64,000 nt of DNA, taken from assembly GCA_024639185.1 (NCBI GenBank), contig JAHEIW010000005.1, forward strand, positions 12,121 through 76,120, in the 5' to 3' direction. Below the pieces are notes generated by a model. That model did no database searches and had not been told where the DNA came from. It saw only the letters and a program-made list of their open reading frames with translations. This stretch comes from Deltaproteobacteria bacterium (GTDB lineage: Bacteria > Desulfobacterota > Desulfobacteria > Desulfobacterales > JAHEIW01). A program made the position numbers and the translations under genes. Each line of letters opens with the position of its first letter. The first letter of the stretch is position 1. Shown piece by piece: positions 19,086 to 29,228 of the stretch.

Positions 19086-21086
19086 ATGAACAAAAAAAAG
19101 CGCTTTATCAACCTGGATAACATGGGTCTGATCATCATCGGTGCAGGTGTCTCCCTGTTCTATTATTATTTTGAGAAGACCATTTTAGCCAGTGAAACCC
19201 TGGCCATTGTGGTAACGGCCGGCATCATTCTGCTCATCAGTCTGTGTACCCAGTTACTGGTCAATAATATTAATCGATCCAAAGAAGCGCTGCGCGAAGC
19301 CAACGAAACATTAGAAATCAAAGTCAGGGAGCGCACAGCCGAGCTACGCGAATCGGAAATGAAATATCGAACCATTTTTGAAAATACGGGCACGGCAACC
19401 GTCATCGTTGAAAACGATGCCACCATCTCTCTGGCAAATTCAGAGTTTGCCAATATGGCAGGACTCGAAAAAAGTGAAATTGAAAATCAAAAATCATGGC
19501 TGCACTTTATGGATGAAAAAACACAGCGCAAAGTCCTAAATGGCGAGGCAGCGTCAGACTATCCCGAATACAACCAGATAGCGCCCCATTTCGAATGCAC
19601 TTTTATCGACAAAGAAGGCACCCAAAAAGATATGCTATGCTCCCTGGCTGACATTCCGGGTTCTGAAAAAAGTGTCGTTTCGCTGGCCGACATTACCGAG
19701 CTGAAGGAGGCAGAACGCCAGATCTATCATCAGGCATTTCATGACACGCTGACCGGCTTGCCCAATCGCGCCCTTTTCATGGAACACTTAAACATGGCTC
19801 TCAAACGCGCCAAGCGCCGCGATGATTATTTTTTTGCCGTGCTATATCTGGATATTGACCGCTTCAAACTGGTTAACGACAGCCTGGGCCATAGCGTCGG
19901 TGACCGATTAATCAGAGCTTTTGCCAGCCGAATTCAGGAATCCCTGCGCGACCTTGATATTCTGGCGCGTTTTGGAGGTGATGAATTTGTCATCCTGCTC
20001 GAAGATATTGAAAACAGCGAATATGCCAGTGGGGTGGCCGATCGACTGCAACAGGAACTCAAACGGCCCTTTATGATTGAAAACAAAGAGGTCTTTGCAC
20101 CGGCCAGTTTTGGGGTGGTATTGAATACCCGCGACTATGATGATCCAGAGGACATCATCCGAGATGCCGACGCGGCAATGTACCATGCGAAAGAAAACGG
20201 CAAGGCCCAATACAAAATTTTCGATAAAACGCTTCATAAAAAGGCATTGCATCTGCTGGAAAGAGAAACGGATTTGCGCAAGGCCGTCAACAGAGATGAA
20301 TTCGAAAATCACTATCAGCCCATAGTAGATTTACAGTCTGCATCCCTGGTGGGTTTTGAGGCGCTCATTCGCTGGAACCATCCGGAACTGGGTCTTATTT
20401 ATCCAGGATCCTTCATTTCAATCGCAGAAGAAACCGGACTCATCATTCCGATCACGAAGTTGATTGCCCGGCAGGCCTGTGAGGATCTGTGCCGCTGGCA
20501 GAACCAGCTCAGAGATGAATTGAAACTCACAATGAACATCAATCTATCCAGCAAGCATTTTTTGTCCCCCACCCTGCTGGAAGATATCAAAGAAATTTTA
20601 AAACAAACCGGCATGCCACCCGATCAGCTCAAATTGGAGATCACAGAAACCGCCCTTATGGAAGATGCGGATGAAACCATTCGGCTGGTGCACCGCTTAA
20701 AAGACATGGGGCTGCATCTGGTCATCGATGACTTTGGAACCGGCTACTCTTCACTTAGCTATCTGCAGCGCCTGCCCATTGACACCCTGAAGGTCGATCG
20801 CAGCTTTGTCTCAAGAATCCAAGCGGAACCGGATGGCAACCGCAATATCGTCGAGGCCATTATCTCGCTGGCGCATCGCTTGAAAATGATGGTGGTGGCT
20901 GAGGGAGTGGAGACCGAAGAGCAATTTGCAATATTGCTGGAAATGAACTGTCAATTCGGGCAGGGTTATCTATTCTCAAAACCGCTCAGTAAACCGCAAA
21001 TCGATGAACTGATTGAAAACATCCGCCAACTCGCGCAGCAAAGCCCGGGTTCCCAGTATTCGCTACCGGCGATGCTGTCAAATTAA
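19086..21086 (+). CDS. membrane-anchored PAS-GGDEF-EAL c-di-GMP turnover protein
   Basis: 666 aa. Two N-terminal hydrophobic segments, a coiled coil, and a PAS-like region. Intact GGDEF (RFGGDEFVILL) and EAL (EALIRW, DDFGTGYSSLSYL) motifs. Confidence 0.9.
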   Translation: MNKKKRFINLDNMGLIIIGAGVSLFYYYFEKTILASETLAIVVTAGIILLISLCTQLLVNNINRSKEALREANETLEIKVRERTAELRESEMKYRTIFENTGTATVIVENDATISLANSEFANMAGLEKSEIENQKSWLHFMDEKTQRKVLNGEAASDYPEYNQIAPHFECTFIDKEGTQKDMLCSLADIPGSEKSVVSLADITELKEAERQIYHQAFHDTLTGLPNRALFMEHLNMALKRAKRRDDYFFAVLYLDIDRFKLVNDSLGHSVGDRLIRAFASRIQESLRDLDILARFGGDEFVILLEDIENSEYASGVADRLQQELKRPFMIENKEVFAPASFGVVLNTRDYDDPEDIIRDADAAMYHAKENGKAQYKIFDKTLHKKALHLLERETDLRKAVNRDEFENHYQPIVDLQSASLVGFEALIRWNHPELGLIYPGSFISIAEETGLIIPITKLIARQACEDLCRWQNQLRDELKLTMNINLSSKHFLSPTLLEDIKEILKQTGMPPDQLKLEITETALMEDADETIRLVHRLKDMGLHLVIDDFGTGYSSLSYLQRLPIDTLKVDRSFVSRIQAEPDGNRNIVEAIISLAHRLKMMVVAEGVETEEQFAILLEMNCQFGQGYLFSKPLSKPQIDELIENIRQLAQQSPGSQYSLPAMLSN

Positions 21087-21140
21087 TTCTGTCCTGTCCA
21101 ATCCATACAAATATGTTATAATCAAGGCGCTGGTTGACGA

Positions 21141-21284
21141 ATGGCTCACCATTGGAGTAATGGAGCAATCTTGATTTTAGATTTTGGAATTTGGAATGCG
21201 GATTGAAACAGCTGGGTGTTGATGTTCTACTGTTTCGTCCAGTCCTAAAATCCAAATTATGGAATTCTCCATTATGCCATAGCT
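21141..21284. repeat. nested periodic-arm palindrome (words GGAGTAAT, GATTTTAG/TTGGAAT)
   Basis: Left: ..TTGGAGTA ATGGAGCA ATCTTGATTTTAGATTTTGGAATTTGGAATGCGGATTG. Right: ..TCCAGTCCTAAAATCCAAATTATGGAATTCTCCATTATGCCAT. Apex: AAACAG..CTGTTT. Lies between the GGDEF-EAL gene and nagZ. Confidence 0.7.
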
Positions 21285-21306
21285 TTAACCTTAAAAAGAA
21301 GGCCCT

Positions 21307-22311
21307 ATGAATCCTGAAACGCTGTCAATGGAACAATTGGCCGGTCAACGCCTGATGGTCGGCTTTGAAGGCAAACACTTTAATCCGGATTTACAATTTG
21401 TCATTCGTGACCTTAAGGTTGGCGCGATTATTCTTTTTTCGCAAAATATCGAGACCCCTAGCCAGGTAGAGAAACTGTGTGAGGCGATTCAGGAATGTGC
21501 CCGCGTAAACAGCCAGCCGCCCCTGATTATCGCCATAGACCAGGAAGGCGGGCAGGTCGCTCGACTAAAAGAACCCTTCTCCGTATTTCCAGGCAATCCC
21601 TCCATGAAAGATATCAATGATGCCATTTTTTTTGCAGAGACAACAGCTGCTGAATTATCCCGGGCCGGCATTAACATGGACCTGGCCCCTGTTATGGACG
21701 TTGCACCGCGCGACATGACCAGTATAATGGCTGAAAGAGCCTTTGGACATGATCCTGCATGGGTCTCTAAACTGGGGTTGACCGTTATATCCCATTTACA
21801 GCAGCGGCATATAATGGCAGTCGCGAAACACTTTCCCGGTATTGGCCGAACGGTAGCTGATTCCCATATCGAGCTGCCCGCCTGTGAACACAGCCTGTCC
21901 GATCTGAAATCATACGACCTGATCCCCTTTGTCGATAGCATTTCGCAAGACGTCGCCGGCATTATGCTCTCCCACGTGATGTACCCGCAAATTGACCCGA
22001 AATGGCCGGCCAGTCTGTCAAAACAAATTGCGCATGACCTTTTGCGGGAACAGATGGGCTTTTCAGGCGTAACGATGACCGATGATCTGGACATGGGAGC
22101 CATTATCCATCATTATGATATCAAGACTGCTGTTCGTCAAATCCTGCAGGCAGGCATCGACATGGCGCTGGTCTGCCACAAGGGCCCCAATATTCAAATT
22201 GCCTATCAGGAAATTTTGGATGGTTTGCGTCAATCGCAGGATATCCGGGCCAAGGGCATGGCATCGGTGAAGAGAATCCTGGCGCTCAAAAAGAAGTATT
22301 TAAACGCTTAA
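21307..22311 (+). CDS. nagZ: beta-N-acetylhexosaminidase, glycoside hydrolase family 3 (NagZ-like)
   Basis: 334 aa. IDQEGG.V.RL, KHFPGIG and MTDDL motifs of GH3 NagZ. Confidence 0.85.
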   Translation: MNPETLSMEQLAGQRLMVGFEGKHFNPDLQFVIRDLKVGAIILFSQNIETPSQVEKLCEAIQECARVNSQPPLIIAIDQEGGQVARLKEPFSVFPGNPSMKDINDAIFFAETTAAELSRAGINMDLAPVMDVAPRDMTSIMAERAFGHDPAWVSKLGLTVISHLQQRHIMAVAKHFPGIGRTVADSHIELPACEHSLSDLKSYDLIPFVDSISQDVAGIMLSHVMYPQIDPKWPASLSKQIAHDLLREQMGFSGVTMTDDLDMGAIIHHYDIKTAVRQILQAGIDMALVCHKGPNIQIAYQEILDGLRQSQDIRAKGMASVKRILALKKKYLNA

Positions 22312-22345
22312 CGAAAAGCCTTGCTCAATTTGCGGACATGTTTTT

Positions 22346-22432
22346 CACCGCGAAGAACACGAAGATAAAGAGGCTTCCTGTGTTTTCTTGAAAAACATCC
22401 TCCAAGTCCTTTGTGATCTTGGTGGTGTTTTC
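22346..22432. repeat. periodic-arm palindrome (word GAAGAACACGAAG)
   Basis: CACCGCGAAGAACACGAAGATAAAGAGG (22346-22373) faces CCTTTGTGATCTTGGTGGTGTTTTC (22408-22432). Inner pair: CTTCCTGTGTTTTC / GAAAAACATCCTCCAAG. Lies between the convergent nagZ and tsaD. Confidence 0.6.
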
Positions 22433-22460
22433 ATTTTTGGGTCACCTGCCGGCCACGGGA

Positions 22461-23459
22461 TCAAACCGTATTCCTGGAAAAAACATCATCTTCCAGTCGG
22501 GATTGCATACCGGCCTTTATGTGGTGAAAACCCGCTGCGGCAACCATGGCGGCATTATCGCCGCATAGCTTGACAGAAGGGATGTGAACTTTCAGGCCCC
22601 GGCCTCTGGCATCCCGCCGCACGCTGTTCCTCAGACCGCTGTTGGCGGCGACCCCGCCAACGACCGCAATATGTTCACAATCTTTGATCTGGGCCGCATG
22701 GATGACCTTATAGGTCAAAACCTCCACCACCGCGGCCTGAAAACCGGCCGCAATGTCAGCGATTTGGCCGGCGTCGTCGGATGGATGTTTATCCACATAG
22801 TGCCGCACAGCCGTCTTGATGCCGCTGAAACTGAAATCAAAATCGGATTTGTCCAGATAGGGACGCGTAAATACAATTTTTTGCGGGTTTCCCTCCCGGG
22901 CAAGACGGTCAATAACCCCGCCGCCCGGATATCCCAGCCCGAGTAGCTTGGCGACTTTGTCAAATGCCTCCCCGGCGGCATCATCGCGTGTTTGCCCCAT
23001 CAATTCAACTGACGTGTGCGACGTGACATAATAAATACCGGTATGCCCGCCGGAGGCCAGCAAGGCCACAAAAGGAAATGCAGGCGGCTGCGGTTCAAGA
23101 AAAACCGAGTTGATATGGCTTTCGAGATGATTTACCCCGACCAGCGGCACATCCAGTGAATATGCATAGGCTTTGGCAAATGAGAACCCCACCAGTAAGG
23201 CACCGACCAGGCCTGGACCCCGTGTTGCGGCCAAGGCGTCGATCTGATTCTTTTTTAAACCAGATTCGCTGATCGCTTCGTCTACAACCGTAACAATGGA
23301 TTCAATATGTTTTCTGGAAGCCAGCTCCGGAACGACGCCGCCGTATGGATGATGAATGCTGATTTGCGAGGATATTTTGGATGATAAAACAGCGGTCCCA
23401 TCCTGGACGATGGCAGCCGCAGTCTCATCGCAGGATGTTTCGATACCGAGGATATACAT
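22461..23459 (-). CDS. tsaD: tRNA N6-adenosine threonylcarbamoyltransferase TsaD
   Basis: A start at ATG 23459 gives MYILGIETSCDETAAA, the canonical TsaD N-terminus. GGVAAN and HLE.H motifs are present. The 56-aa upstream extension of the track ORF has no TsaD counterpart. Confidence 0.9.
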   Translation of the reverse strand: MYILGIETSCDETAAAIVQDGTAVLSSKISSQISIHHPYGGVVPELASRKHIESIVTVVDEAISESGLKKNQIDALAATRGPGLVGALLVGFSFAKAYAYSLDVPLVGVNHLESHINSVFLEPQPPAFPFVALLASGGHTGIYYVTSHTSVELMGQTRDDAAGEAFDKVAKLLGLGYPGGGVIDRLAREGNPQKIVFTRPYLDKSDFDFSFSGIKTAVRHYVDKHPSDDAGQIADIAAGFQAAVVEVLTYKVIHAAQIKDCEHIAVVGGVAANSGLRNSVRRDARGRGLKVHIPSVKLCGDNAAMVAAAGFHHIKAGMQSRLEDDVFSRNTV

Positions 23460-23768
23460 GGGGCTCGCTTGGGTTGACCTGGTTTTCTGATAGCGGCCTG
23501 CCGGCTTCAAAGGCAGGCGGTTCGATTCAATTTCATCGTTCAGATAGCCTTCATTGGATGTCGGATGGCCAGTGCTCGACGAACCTTTAAGGTTTTTGTT
23601 TTCGGCGCGATACTCTCCGAGTATCAACTTTACCGCCGACTCATCCTTTACAGACGTTACCGGAAGCTTGTCCCTCGGCGATCCACCGAAAAATACGACT
23701 TATGCTACTCAGCCAATTCGGCCATCTGGTGGACGGATGGTTTTTTGTGTTTTCAGGCATTGTCAGCT

Positions 23769-24812
23769 TTAATCCCATATCAGACGTCGGCCAGCTTCCT
23801 TGCAGTCAAGAATTTCACCGATGACATAGGCCTGTTCATCAAGTGCTTCGATGCGCTGCAAAACATCCACAACCGCATGATCGGGGACGACCACGATCAT
23901 ACCGATGCCCATGTTAAAGGCGCGCGCCATTTCGGCTGCGCTAATGTTGCCGCCTTTCTGCAAGAAGGGGAAAATGGCCGGAACATCCCAGCTTTCGTCG
24001 CGAATCAGGATGCTGCATGCCTGTGGGACGATCCGGACGATATTCTCCGATATGCCTCCCCCGGTGATGTGCGCAATTCCATGAATCGGCAAGTCCTTTA
24101 TCAGGGCTGCAATCGTAGCAGCGTAAATTTTGGTGGGCGTGAGTAATTCTTCGCCAATTGTTTTTCCCAGTTCCGACACATGCGCGTCAATTTTCAAATT
24201 AAGGGTCTCAAAACATACTTTGCGCACCAGGGAATATCCATTGCTGTGCAGACCGCTGGAAGCGATACCGATCAGTTTGTGCCCAACCCGAATTTCGGTT
24301 CCGTCGATGATTTTACTGTTATCCACCACACCCACTGCAAAACCGGCCAGATCGTATTCATTGGCCGGATAGAATCCGGGCATTTCAGCGGTTTCACCCC
24401 CCAGCAGAGCACATTGTGAAAGCTGGCATCCCCGGGCAATTCCCCGGATAATATCTGTGGCGCGTTGGTTTTCCAGTTTTCCCATAGACAGATAATCGAG
24501 AAAGAAGAGTGGCTTTGCACCCTGCACGATGATATCGTTGACGCACATTGCCACCAGATCAATGCCGACCGTATCGTGTTTGTCCAGCATTAATGCGATC
24601 TTGAGCTTGGTCCCGACCCCATCGGTCGAGCTGACCAATACCGGTCTTTCCAGGTTTGCCAGATTAAGTGAAAAAAGGCCGCCAAATCCTCCGATATCGC
24701 TCATCACACCGGCACGTGCCGTTTTTTTTGCAATTTCTCCGATGGTATCAACCAGCTTATTGGCCTTATCAATATCAACACCGGCGTCGGCGTATGTTAA
24801 GGATTCTTTCAT
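23769..24812 (-). CDS. purM: phosphoribosylformylglycinamidine cyclo-ligase (AIR synthetase)
   Basis: 347 aa. LTYADAGVDID, GGFGGLF, STDGVGTK and HITGGG motifs. Confidence 0.95.
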   Translation of the reverse strand: MKESLTYADAGVDIDKANKLVDTIGEIAKKTARAGVMSDIGGFGGLFSLNLANLERPVLVSSTDGVGTKLKIALMLDKHDTVGIDLVAMCVNDIIVQGAKPLFFLDYLSMGKLENQRATDIIRGIARGCQLSQCALLGGETAEMPGFYPANEYDLAGFAVGVVDNSKIIDGTEIRVGHKLIGIASSGLHSNGYSLVRKVCFETLNLKIDAHVSELGKTIGEELLTPTKIYAATIAALIKDLPIHGIAHITGGGISENIVRIVPQACSILIRDESWDVPAIFPFLQKGGNISAAEMARAFNMGIGMIVVVPDHAVVDVLQRIEALDEQAYVIGEILDCKEAGRRLIWD

Positions 24813-24885
24813 CGGGCTCTCCTGAATAACGTGCGGGATTAAGTCATTAAAAATCTGTGTTTAAATCCTGTACATTCGCAACCTA

Positions 24886-24968
24886 AAACGTAACCACGAA
24901 AACACGGAAAAAAAGAAAGCACGATCTTAGTATTTTTTCGTGGTTTTACGATTTCGTGCTTTCGTGAT
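24886..24968. repeat. periodic-arm palindrome (word CACGAAA / TTTCGTG)
   Basis: AAAACGTAACCACGAAAACACGGAAAAAAAGAAAGCACGATC faces TTTTCGTG GTTTTACG ATTTCGTG CTTTCGTG AT. Sits in the divergent purM / aminotransferase promoter region. Confidence 0.7.
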
Positions 24969-25156
24969 AAATACAATATTGCGGAAATGGTAACATGAAA
25001 AGCGAAAAACCCTTGAAAATTAATCTGATCCAGCATAAAAGTCAAAGCAATTTTTTGACGCCAAGATCAGGATTGAACGCAACATCACCTTCGAATCGAC
25101 CCTGTTTCAGGAACAAGCCGAAATGGGGGATTGCAAATGCGAAACAGGAGTAGCTC

Positions 25157-26323
25157 ATGTTTACTTTTGCCAGGCTGGATCGCCTGCCGCCTTATGTATT
25201 CGCAACTGTCAATGAGATAAAAATGAAGGCCCGGCGGGCGGGCGAAGACATCATCGACCTGGGTATGGGAAATCCGGATCTGGGCACCCCACAACATATC
25301 GTTGATAAACTGATCGAGAGTGCTCAAAAACCGCATAATCACCGATACTCAGCATCAATGGGAATCACCAAACTGCGCATGGCCATTGCCGACTGGTACG
25401 GACGCCGATTCGATGTCGATATCGACCCGAACACAGAAGCAATTGCCACGATTGGTGTTAAGGAGGGAATGTCGCACTTGATTCTGGTCACAATTCGCCC
25501 CGGCGATGTCGTTTTTACACCCAATCCGACCTACCCTATTCACCCGTATTCCGCCATCATTTCCGGTGGGGATGTCAGGGGCATACCGCTGGGGCCTGAA
25601 GCCGATTTTTTTGAAAACTTGCTTTCGGCGACCAAAACCACCTGGCCGCGACCCAAAGTACTGATTATCAGCTATCCCCATAACCCTACTACCGAGGTCG
25701 TTGATCTGGCTTTTTTCCAAAAAATCGTCGATTATGCCAAAGAACACAATATCATGGTTATCCACGACTTTGCCTATGCTGATCTGGTATTTGACGGGTA
25801 TAAGGCCCCGAGCTTTTTACAGGTCACCGGCGCCAAGGACGTCGGTGTTGAATTTTTCTCTCTTTCAAAAAGCTATAGCATGCCGGGCTGGCGGGTAGGC
25901 TTTTGCGTGGGAAATCCACAGATAGTGGCCGCCCTGAGCCGCATCAAAAGCTATCTTGATTACGGAATTTTTCAGCCGATCCAGATTGCCTCGATCATTG
26001 CTTTAAACGGACCTTATGATTGTGTTGAGCATATCCGGGAAACATACAAAGACAGGAGAGACAGCCTGGTCAATGGCCTTAACCGCATCGGCTGGAACAT
26101 TCAAAGCCCCAAAGGCACCATGTTTGTATGGGCCAAAATCCCTGATAAATTCCTGGAAATGGGATCGGTGGAATTTGCGAAGTTCTTAATCCAAAAAGCC
26201 CAGGTGGCCGTATCACCGGGTTTGGGATTTGGTGAATATGGAGATGCGTACGTGCGATTTGCGCTGATTGAAAATCCCATGCGGATTAACCAGGCAATTC
26301 GCGGCATAAGGAAGATAATGTGA
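25157..26323 (+). CDS. PLP-dependent aminotransferase, class I/II (alanine/aspartate aminotransferase-like)
   Basis: 388 aa. LPPYVFA..., GNPD, and the [14 protein letters not shown] lysine motif. AGGAG RBS. Confidence 0.85.
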   Translation: MFTFARLDRLPPYVFATVNEIKMKARRAGEDIIDLGMGNPDLGTPQHIVDKLIESAQKPHNHRYSASMGITKLRMAIADWYGRRFDVDIDPNTEAIATIGVKEGMSHLILVTIRPGDVVFTPNPTYPIHPYSAIISGGDVRGIPLGPEADFFENLLSATKTTWPRPKVLIISYPHNPTTEVVDLAFFQKIVDYAKEHNIMVIHDFAYADLVFDGYKAPSFLQVTGAKDVGVEFFSLSKSYSMPGWRVGFCVGNPQIVAALSRIKSYLDYGIFQPIQIASIIALNGPYDCVEHIRETYKDRRDSLVNGLNRIGWNIQSPKGTMFVWAKIPDKFLEMGSVEFAKFLIQKAQVAVSPGLGFGEYGDAYVRFALIENPMRINQAIRGIRKIM

Positions 26324-26324
26324 A

Positions 26325-26472
26325 ACTGGCTGCTGGCTGCTCGCCGCCGGCTGCTGATAACGGGCGGCTGGTTTATTTAATCGGGGGCGGGGTTTATCCC
26401 CGCCCGCACAACGTGCCAGATGGTCAATGGCCGGCAACCAGAGGCCAGAAGCAAGAAGCCAGTAGCAATAAT
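26325..26472. repeat. periodic-arm palindrome (heptamer word GCTGGCT / CCAGAAG) with a central GC-clamp hairpin
   Basis: Left: ACTGGCT GCTGGCT GCTCGCC GCCGGCT GCTGATA ACGGGCG GCTGGTT (26325-26373). Right: CCAGAGG CCAGAAG CAAGAAG CCAGTAG CAATAAT (26438-26472). Centre: GGGCGGGG-TTTAT-CCCCGCCC (26385-26405). Starts 1 nt after the aminotransferase stop. Confidence 0.75.
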
Positions 26473-26530
26473 TCCGAAGAACTGAAAATGATAAAAAATG
26501 CATAGATCCAACGATAAAGGAGTCATTTAA

Positions 26531-27844
26531 ATGAAACAAATTAACATAGGCCTGCTGGGTTGCGGCACTGTCGGCACCGGTGTGGCCAAACTGCTGATCG
26601 AAAGCAGCTCGGTGATTACTTCACGGCTGGGCGCAATTTTGAATCTGAAACGCGTTGCCGATATCGACATTGAAACCGATAGAGGCGTTCAGTTTCCCCA
26701 GGGCGTGCTGACCACCGATGCGCACACAGTCGTCAATGATCCTGATATTGACATAATCGTTGAAATGATCGGTGGCGAAGGAATTGCCAGGGAGCTTATT
26801 TTAGGGGCCATCGAAAATGGCAAACAGGTCATCACCGCCAACAAAGCGCTTTTGGCCAGCCAGGGTAACACACTATTTCAAGCGGCTGCAGATAAGGGCG
26901 TGGATCTGGCATTTGAAGCTGCAGTGGGCGGTTGCATGCCGATTATTAAATCCATGCGCGAATCATTGGTCGCCAATCAGATTAATTCGATGACGGGCAT
27001 TTTAAATGGAACCTGCAATTATATTTTAACGAAAATTACCGATGAAAGAATGCCTTTTGAAGATGCCCTGTCGGAAGCACAGCAAAAGGGCTATGCTGAA
27101 GCGGATCCTTCTCTTGATGTCGAGGGGATCGATACCGCCCATAAAATTGCCATCTTAACCGCACTGGCCTACGGAATGAATATCAATTTACCGAACGTGT
27201 TTATTGAAGGCATCTCAAAAATTACGCCCCTGGATGTTGCCTTTGCAGAGCATTTCGGCTATCGAATCAAGCTGCTGGCCATCAGCAAAAATAAAGGCAA
27301 TCAGGTACAGGCCCGGGTTCACCCGACCATGATACCGTTTGACAACCTGCTGTCAAGTGTCAACGGCACGGTCAATGCGATCATGGTCTCCGGCGATGCG
27401 GTCGGCGATATCATGCTGTACGGGCGCGGCGCCGGCATGATGCCCACTGCCAGTTCGGTCATCAGTGACGCCGTGGATATTGCCCGCAATCTGATGGCCG
27501 GCACATCGCAGCGGATTCCGGCGCTTTGCGTGCAAAAAGAGCATATCCAAAATATCAACATTATGCCAATGGATGAAATTGAAACGCATTATTATTTCCG
27601 CTTTGCAGCCCTCGACAAACCGGGTGTGCTGTCAACCATATCGGGAATTTTAGGCCGGCATGATATCAGCATTCAGTCGATGCAGCAAAAAGGACGTAAA
27701 ACCAACGGTTCCGTGCCGGTTGTAATGATCAGTCATGTGGCCAAAGAGGCCGACGTGCGTAAAGCCCTGGCAGAAATCGACCATTTGGATGTGGTCAGCC
27801 AACCGACAATGCTGATTCGAATTGAAGACGAAAAATTAGATTAA
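26531..27844 (+). CDS. hom: homoserine dehydrogenase
   Basis: 437 aa. GLLGCGTVGTGV NAD fold, NGTCNYILT, and a C-terminal ACT domain. Confidence 0.95.
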   Translation: MKQINIGLLGCGTVGTGVAKLLIESSSVITSRLGAILNLKRVADIDIETDRGVQFPQGVLTTDAHTVVNDPDIDIIVEMIGGEGIARELILGAIENGKQVITANKALLASQGNTLFQAAADKGVDLAFEAAVGGCMPIIKSMRESLVANQINSMTGILNGTCNYILTKITDERMPFEDALSEAQQKGYAEADPSLDVEGIDTAHKIAILTALAYGMNINLPNVFIEGISKITPLDVAFAEHFGYRIKLLAISKNKGNQVQARVHPTMIPFDNLLSSVNGTVNAIMVSGDAVGDIMLYGRGAGMMPTASSVISDAVDIARNLMAGTSQRIPALCVQKEHIQNINIMPMDEIETHYYFRFAALDKPGVLSTISGILGRHDISIQSMQQKGRKTNGSVPVVMISHVAKEADVRKALAEIDHLDVVSQPTMLIRIEDEKLD

Positions 27845-27875
27845 ATATTCATTCAAACAATTAAATTGGGCAGGA

Positions 27876-28490
27876 ATGAACCGTATGTACATTGTTTGCG
27901 CCGATATGGAAGGTATTCTCACACCGGAAATCTGGATCAATGTGGCTGAAAGAACCGGTATAGAAGAGCTCAGGCTCACGACACGAGATATTGACGATTA
28001 TGACGTCTTAATGAAAAAGCGGCTGGGCATTTTAGATAAGCATGGTTTGAAACTGCAAGATATTCAGGCCGTCATTGCCAAGATGGAGCCACTGGACGGT
28101 GCCCTTGATTTCCTTTCATGGCTTCGCTCTGAGCTTCAGCTTATTATCGTATCGGACACCTATGTGGAATTTGCCGGTCCTTTGCTGGAGAAGATGGGTC
28201 GGCCGACCCTTTTTTGCAACACCCTGTCGGTTGCAGCTAACGGGTCCATTTCCGGATATAATCTGCGTCAAAAAGATGGTAAAAAGAAGGTGGCCATTGC
28301 GCTTAAAAATCTGAATTATAAGGTCATCGCCATTGGCGATTCGTATAATGACATCACCATGCTAAAGGCTGCCGATAAGGCCATATTATTCCGCCCGCCG
28401 GACAATGTTAAAGCGGAATTCCCGCATTTTCCGGTAACGACAACTTATACCGAAGTAAAGCGTGAAATTCAAAAAATCATAAACTACTAA
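27876..28490 (+). CDS. thrH: phosphoserine phosphatase / homoserine phosphotransferase ThrH (HAD family)
   Basis: 204 aa, collinear with Pseudomonas ThrH as I remember it (D.EG.L.PEIWI..AE.TGI..L..TTRDI.DYDVLM..RL.IL..HGLKL.DIQ; GDSYND..ML). Alternative start at ATG 27885. Confidence 0.8.
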   Translation: MNRMYIVCADMEGILTPEIWINVAERTGIEELRLTTRDIDDYDVLMKKRLGILDKHGLKLQDIQAVIAKMEPLDGALDFLSWLRSELQLIIVSDTYVEFAGPLLEKMGRPTLFCNTLSVAANGSISGYNLRQKDGKKKVAIALKNLNYKVIAIGDSYNDITMLKAADKAILFRPPDNVKAEFPHFPVTTTYTEVKREIQKIINY

Positions 28491-28745
28491 AACTCTTCTA
28501 TCTTTTGAATTTGTAAAAAAGTCTGTCCCGGCAAGCGGTGTTACCCATACGGGAACAAGGGACTAATGGAAAGTTGGATCAATGGCATATTGGTGATGAA
28601 CAGCGGATCATGTCCTGGTTTTAATTTGCAGTGAGAAATCACCAGAAAAAAGGGGTCCTCAATTCAGCAGACCCAGTGTTCTGATGTTTTCTTAATCCAG
28701 GCCGCCTGCCAAAATAGATACACATGTTTGAATTCGAGGAGCCGT

Positions 28746-29150
28746 ATGTCAACACATCGGACAACCTGCCGCGTCATCTACGGAGACACTGATAACATGG
28801 GACAGGCTTATTATGGCAATTACTTTAGATGGTTTGAAATGGGGCGTAACGAATTATTTCGCTCAATGGGCCTTGCTTATGCAACCGCTGAAAGCCGGGG
28901 CCTGTACCTGCCGGTTGCCGAGACCTATTGCAAATATTTGCAGCCGGCAAAGTATGATGATGTTTTGATCATTGAGACCTCATTGGACACCCGCATAAAA
29001 GGCGGCCTAAAATTTGATTACCAGATCTTTGGTGAAGACCCCCGCGTGCTACTGGCGATAGGCTATACCAAACATGCCTGCTTGAATCGCGATGGCAAAG
29101 TGATTCGCCCGCCTCAGTTTATCAAAGAAATCATTGAGAAAAGTAGCTAA
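28746..29150 (+). CDS. acyl-CoA thioesterase, 4HBT/YbgC family
   Basis: RVIYGDTDNMGQAYYGNYFRWFE hot-dog motif. The ATG at 28746 is preferred (GAGGAG 4 nt upstream) over the track TTG at 28728. Confidence 0.75.
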   Translation: MSTHRTTCRVIYGDTDNMGQAYYGNYFRWFEMGRNELFRSMGLAYATAESRGLYLPVAETYCKYLQPAKYDDVLIIETSLDTRIKGGLKFDYQIFGEDPRVLLAIGYTKHACLNRDGKVIRPPQFIKEIIEKSS

Positions 29151-29228
29151 AAATCCTAAAATAATTTTTAGCGGCCGGAAAAAACACATTTCTGGGATTC
29201 ATCTACAAATCGCAGAAAGAGGGATTCA

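Noticed and set aside
22461-23627. Long N-terminal extensions in the track ORFs for tsaD. The same applies to leuS 42532, rpsT 38850, rng 42745, cimA 55464, pyrD 59965, ino1 60881 and the response regulator 7164.
   Set aside because: In each case an internal start reproduces the canonical family N-terminus, and in most cases it is also preceded by a clear RBS. The extension has no homologous counterpart.
26213-26539. ORFs 26213..26539 (-) and 26320..26505 (+) spanning the aminotransferase-hom gap.
   Set aside because: They are generated by the periodic GCTGGCT / CCAGAAG repeat arms, which give open frames on both strands and repetitive Ala/Ser/Gln strings. They have no RBS.
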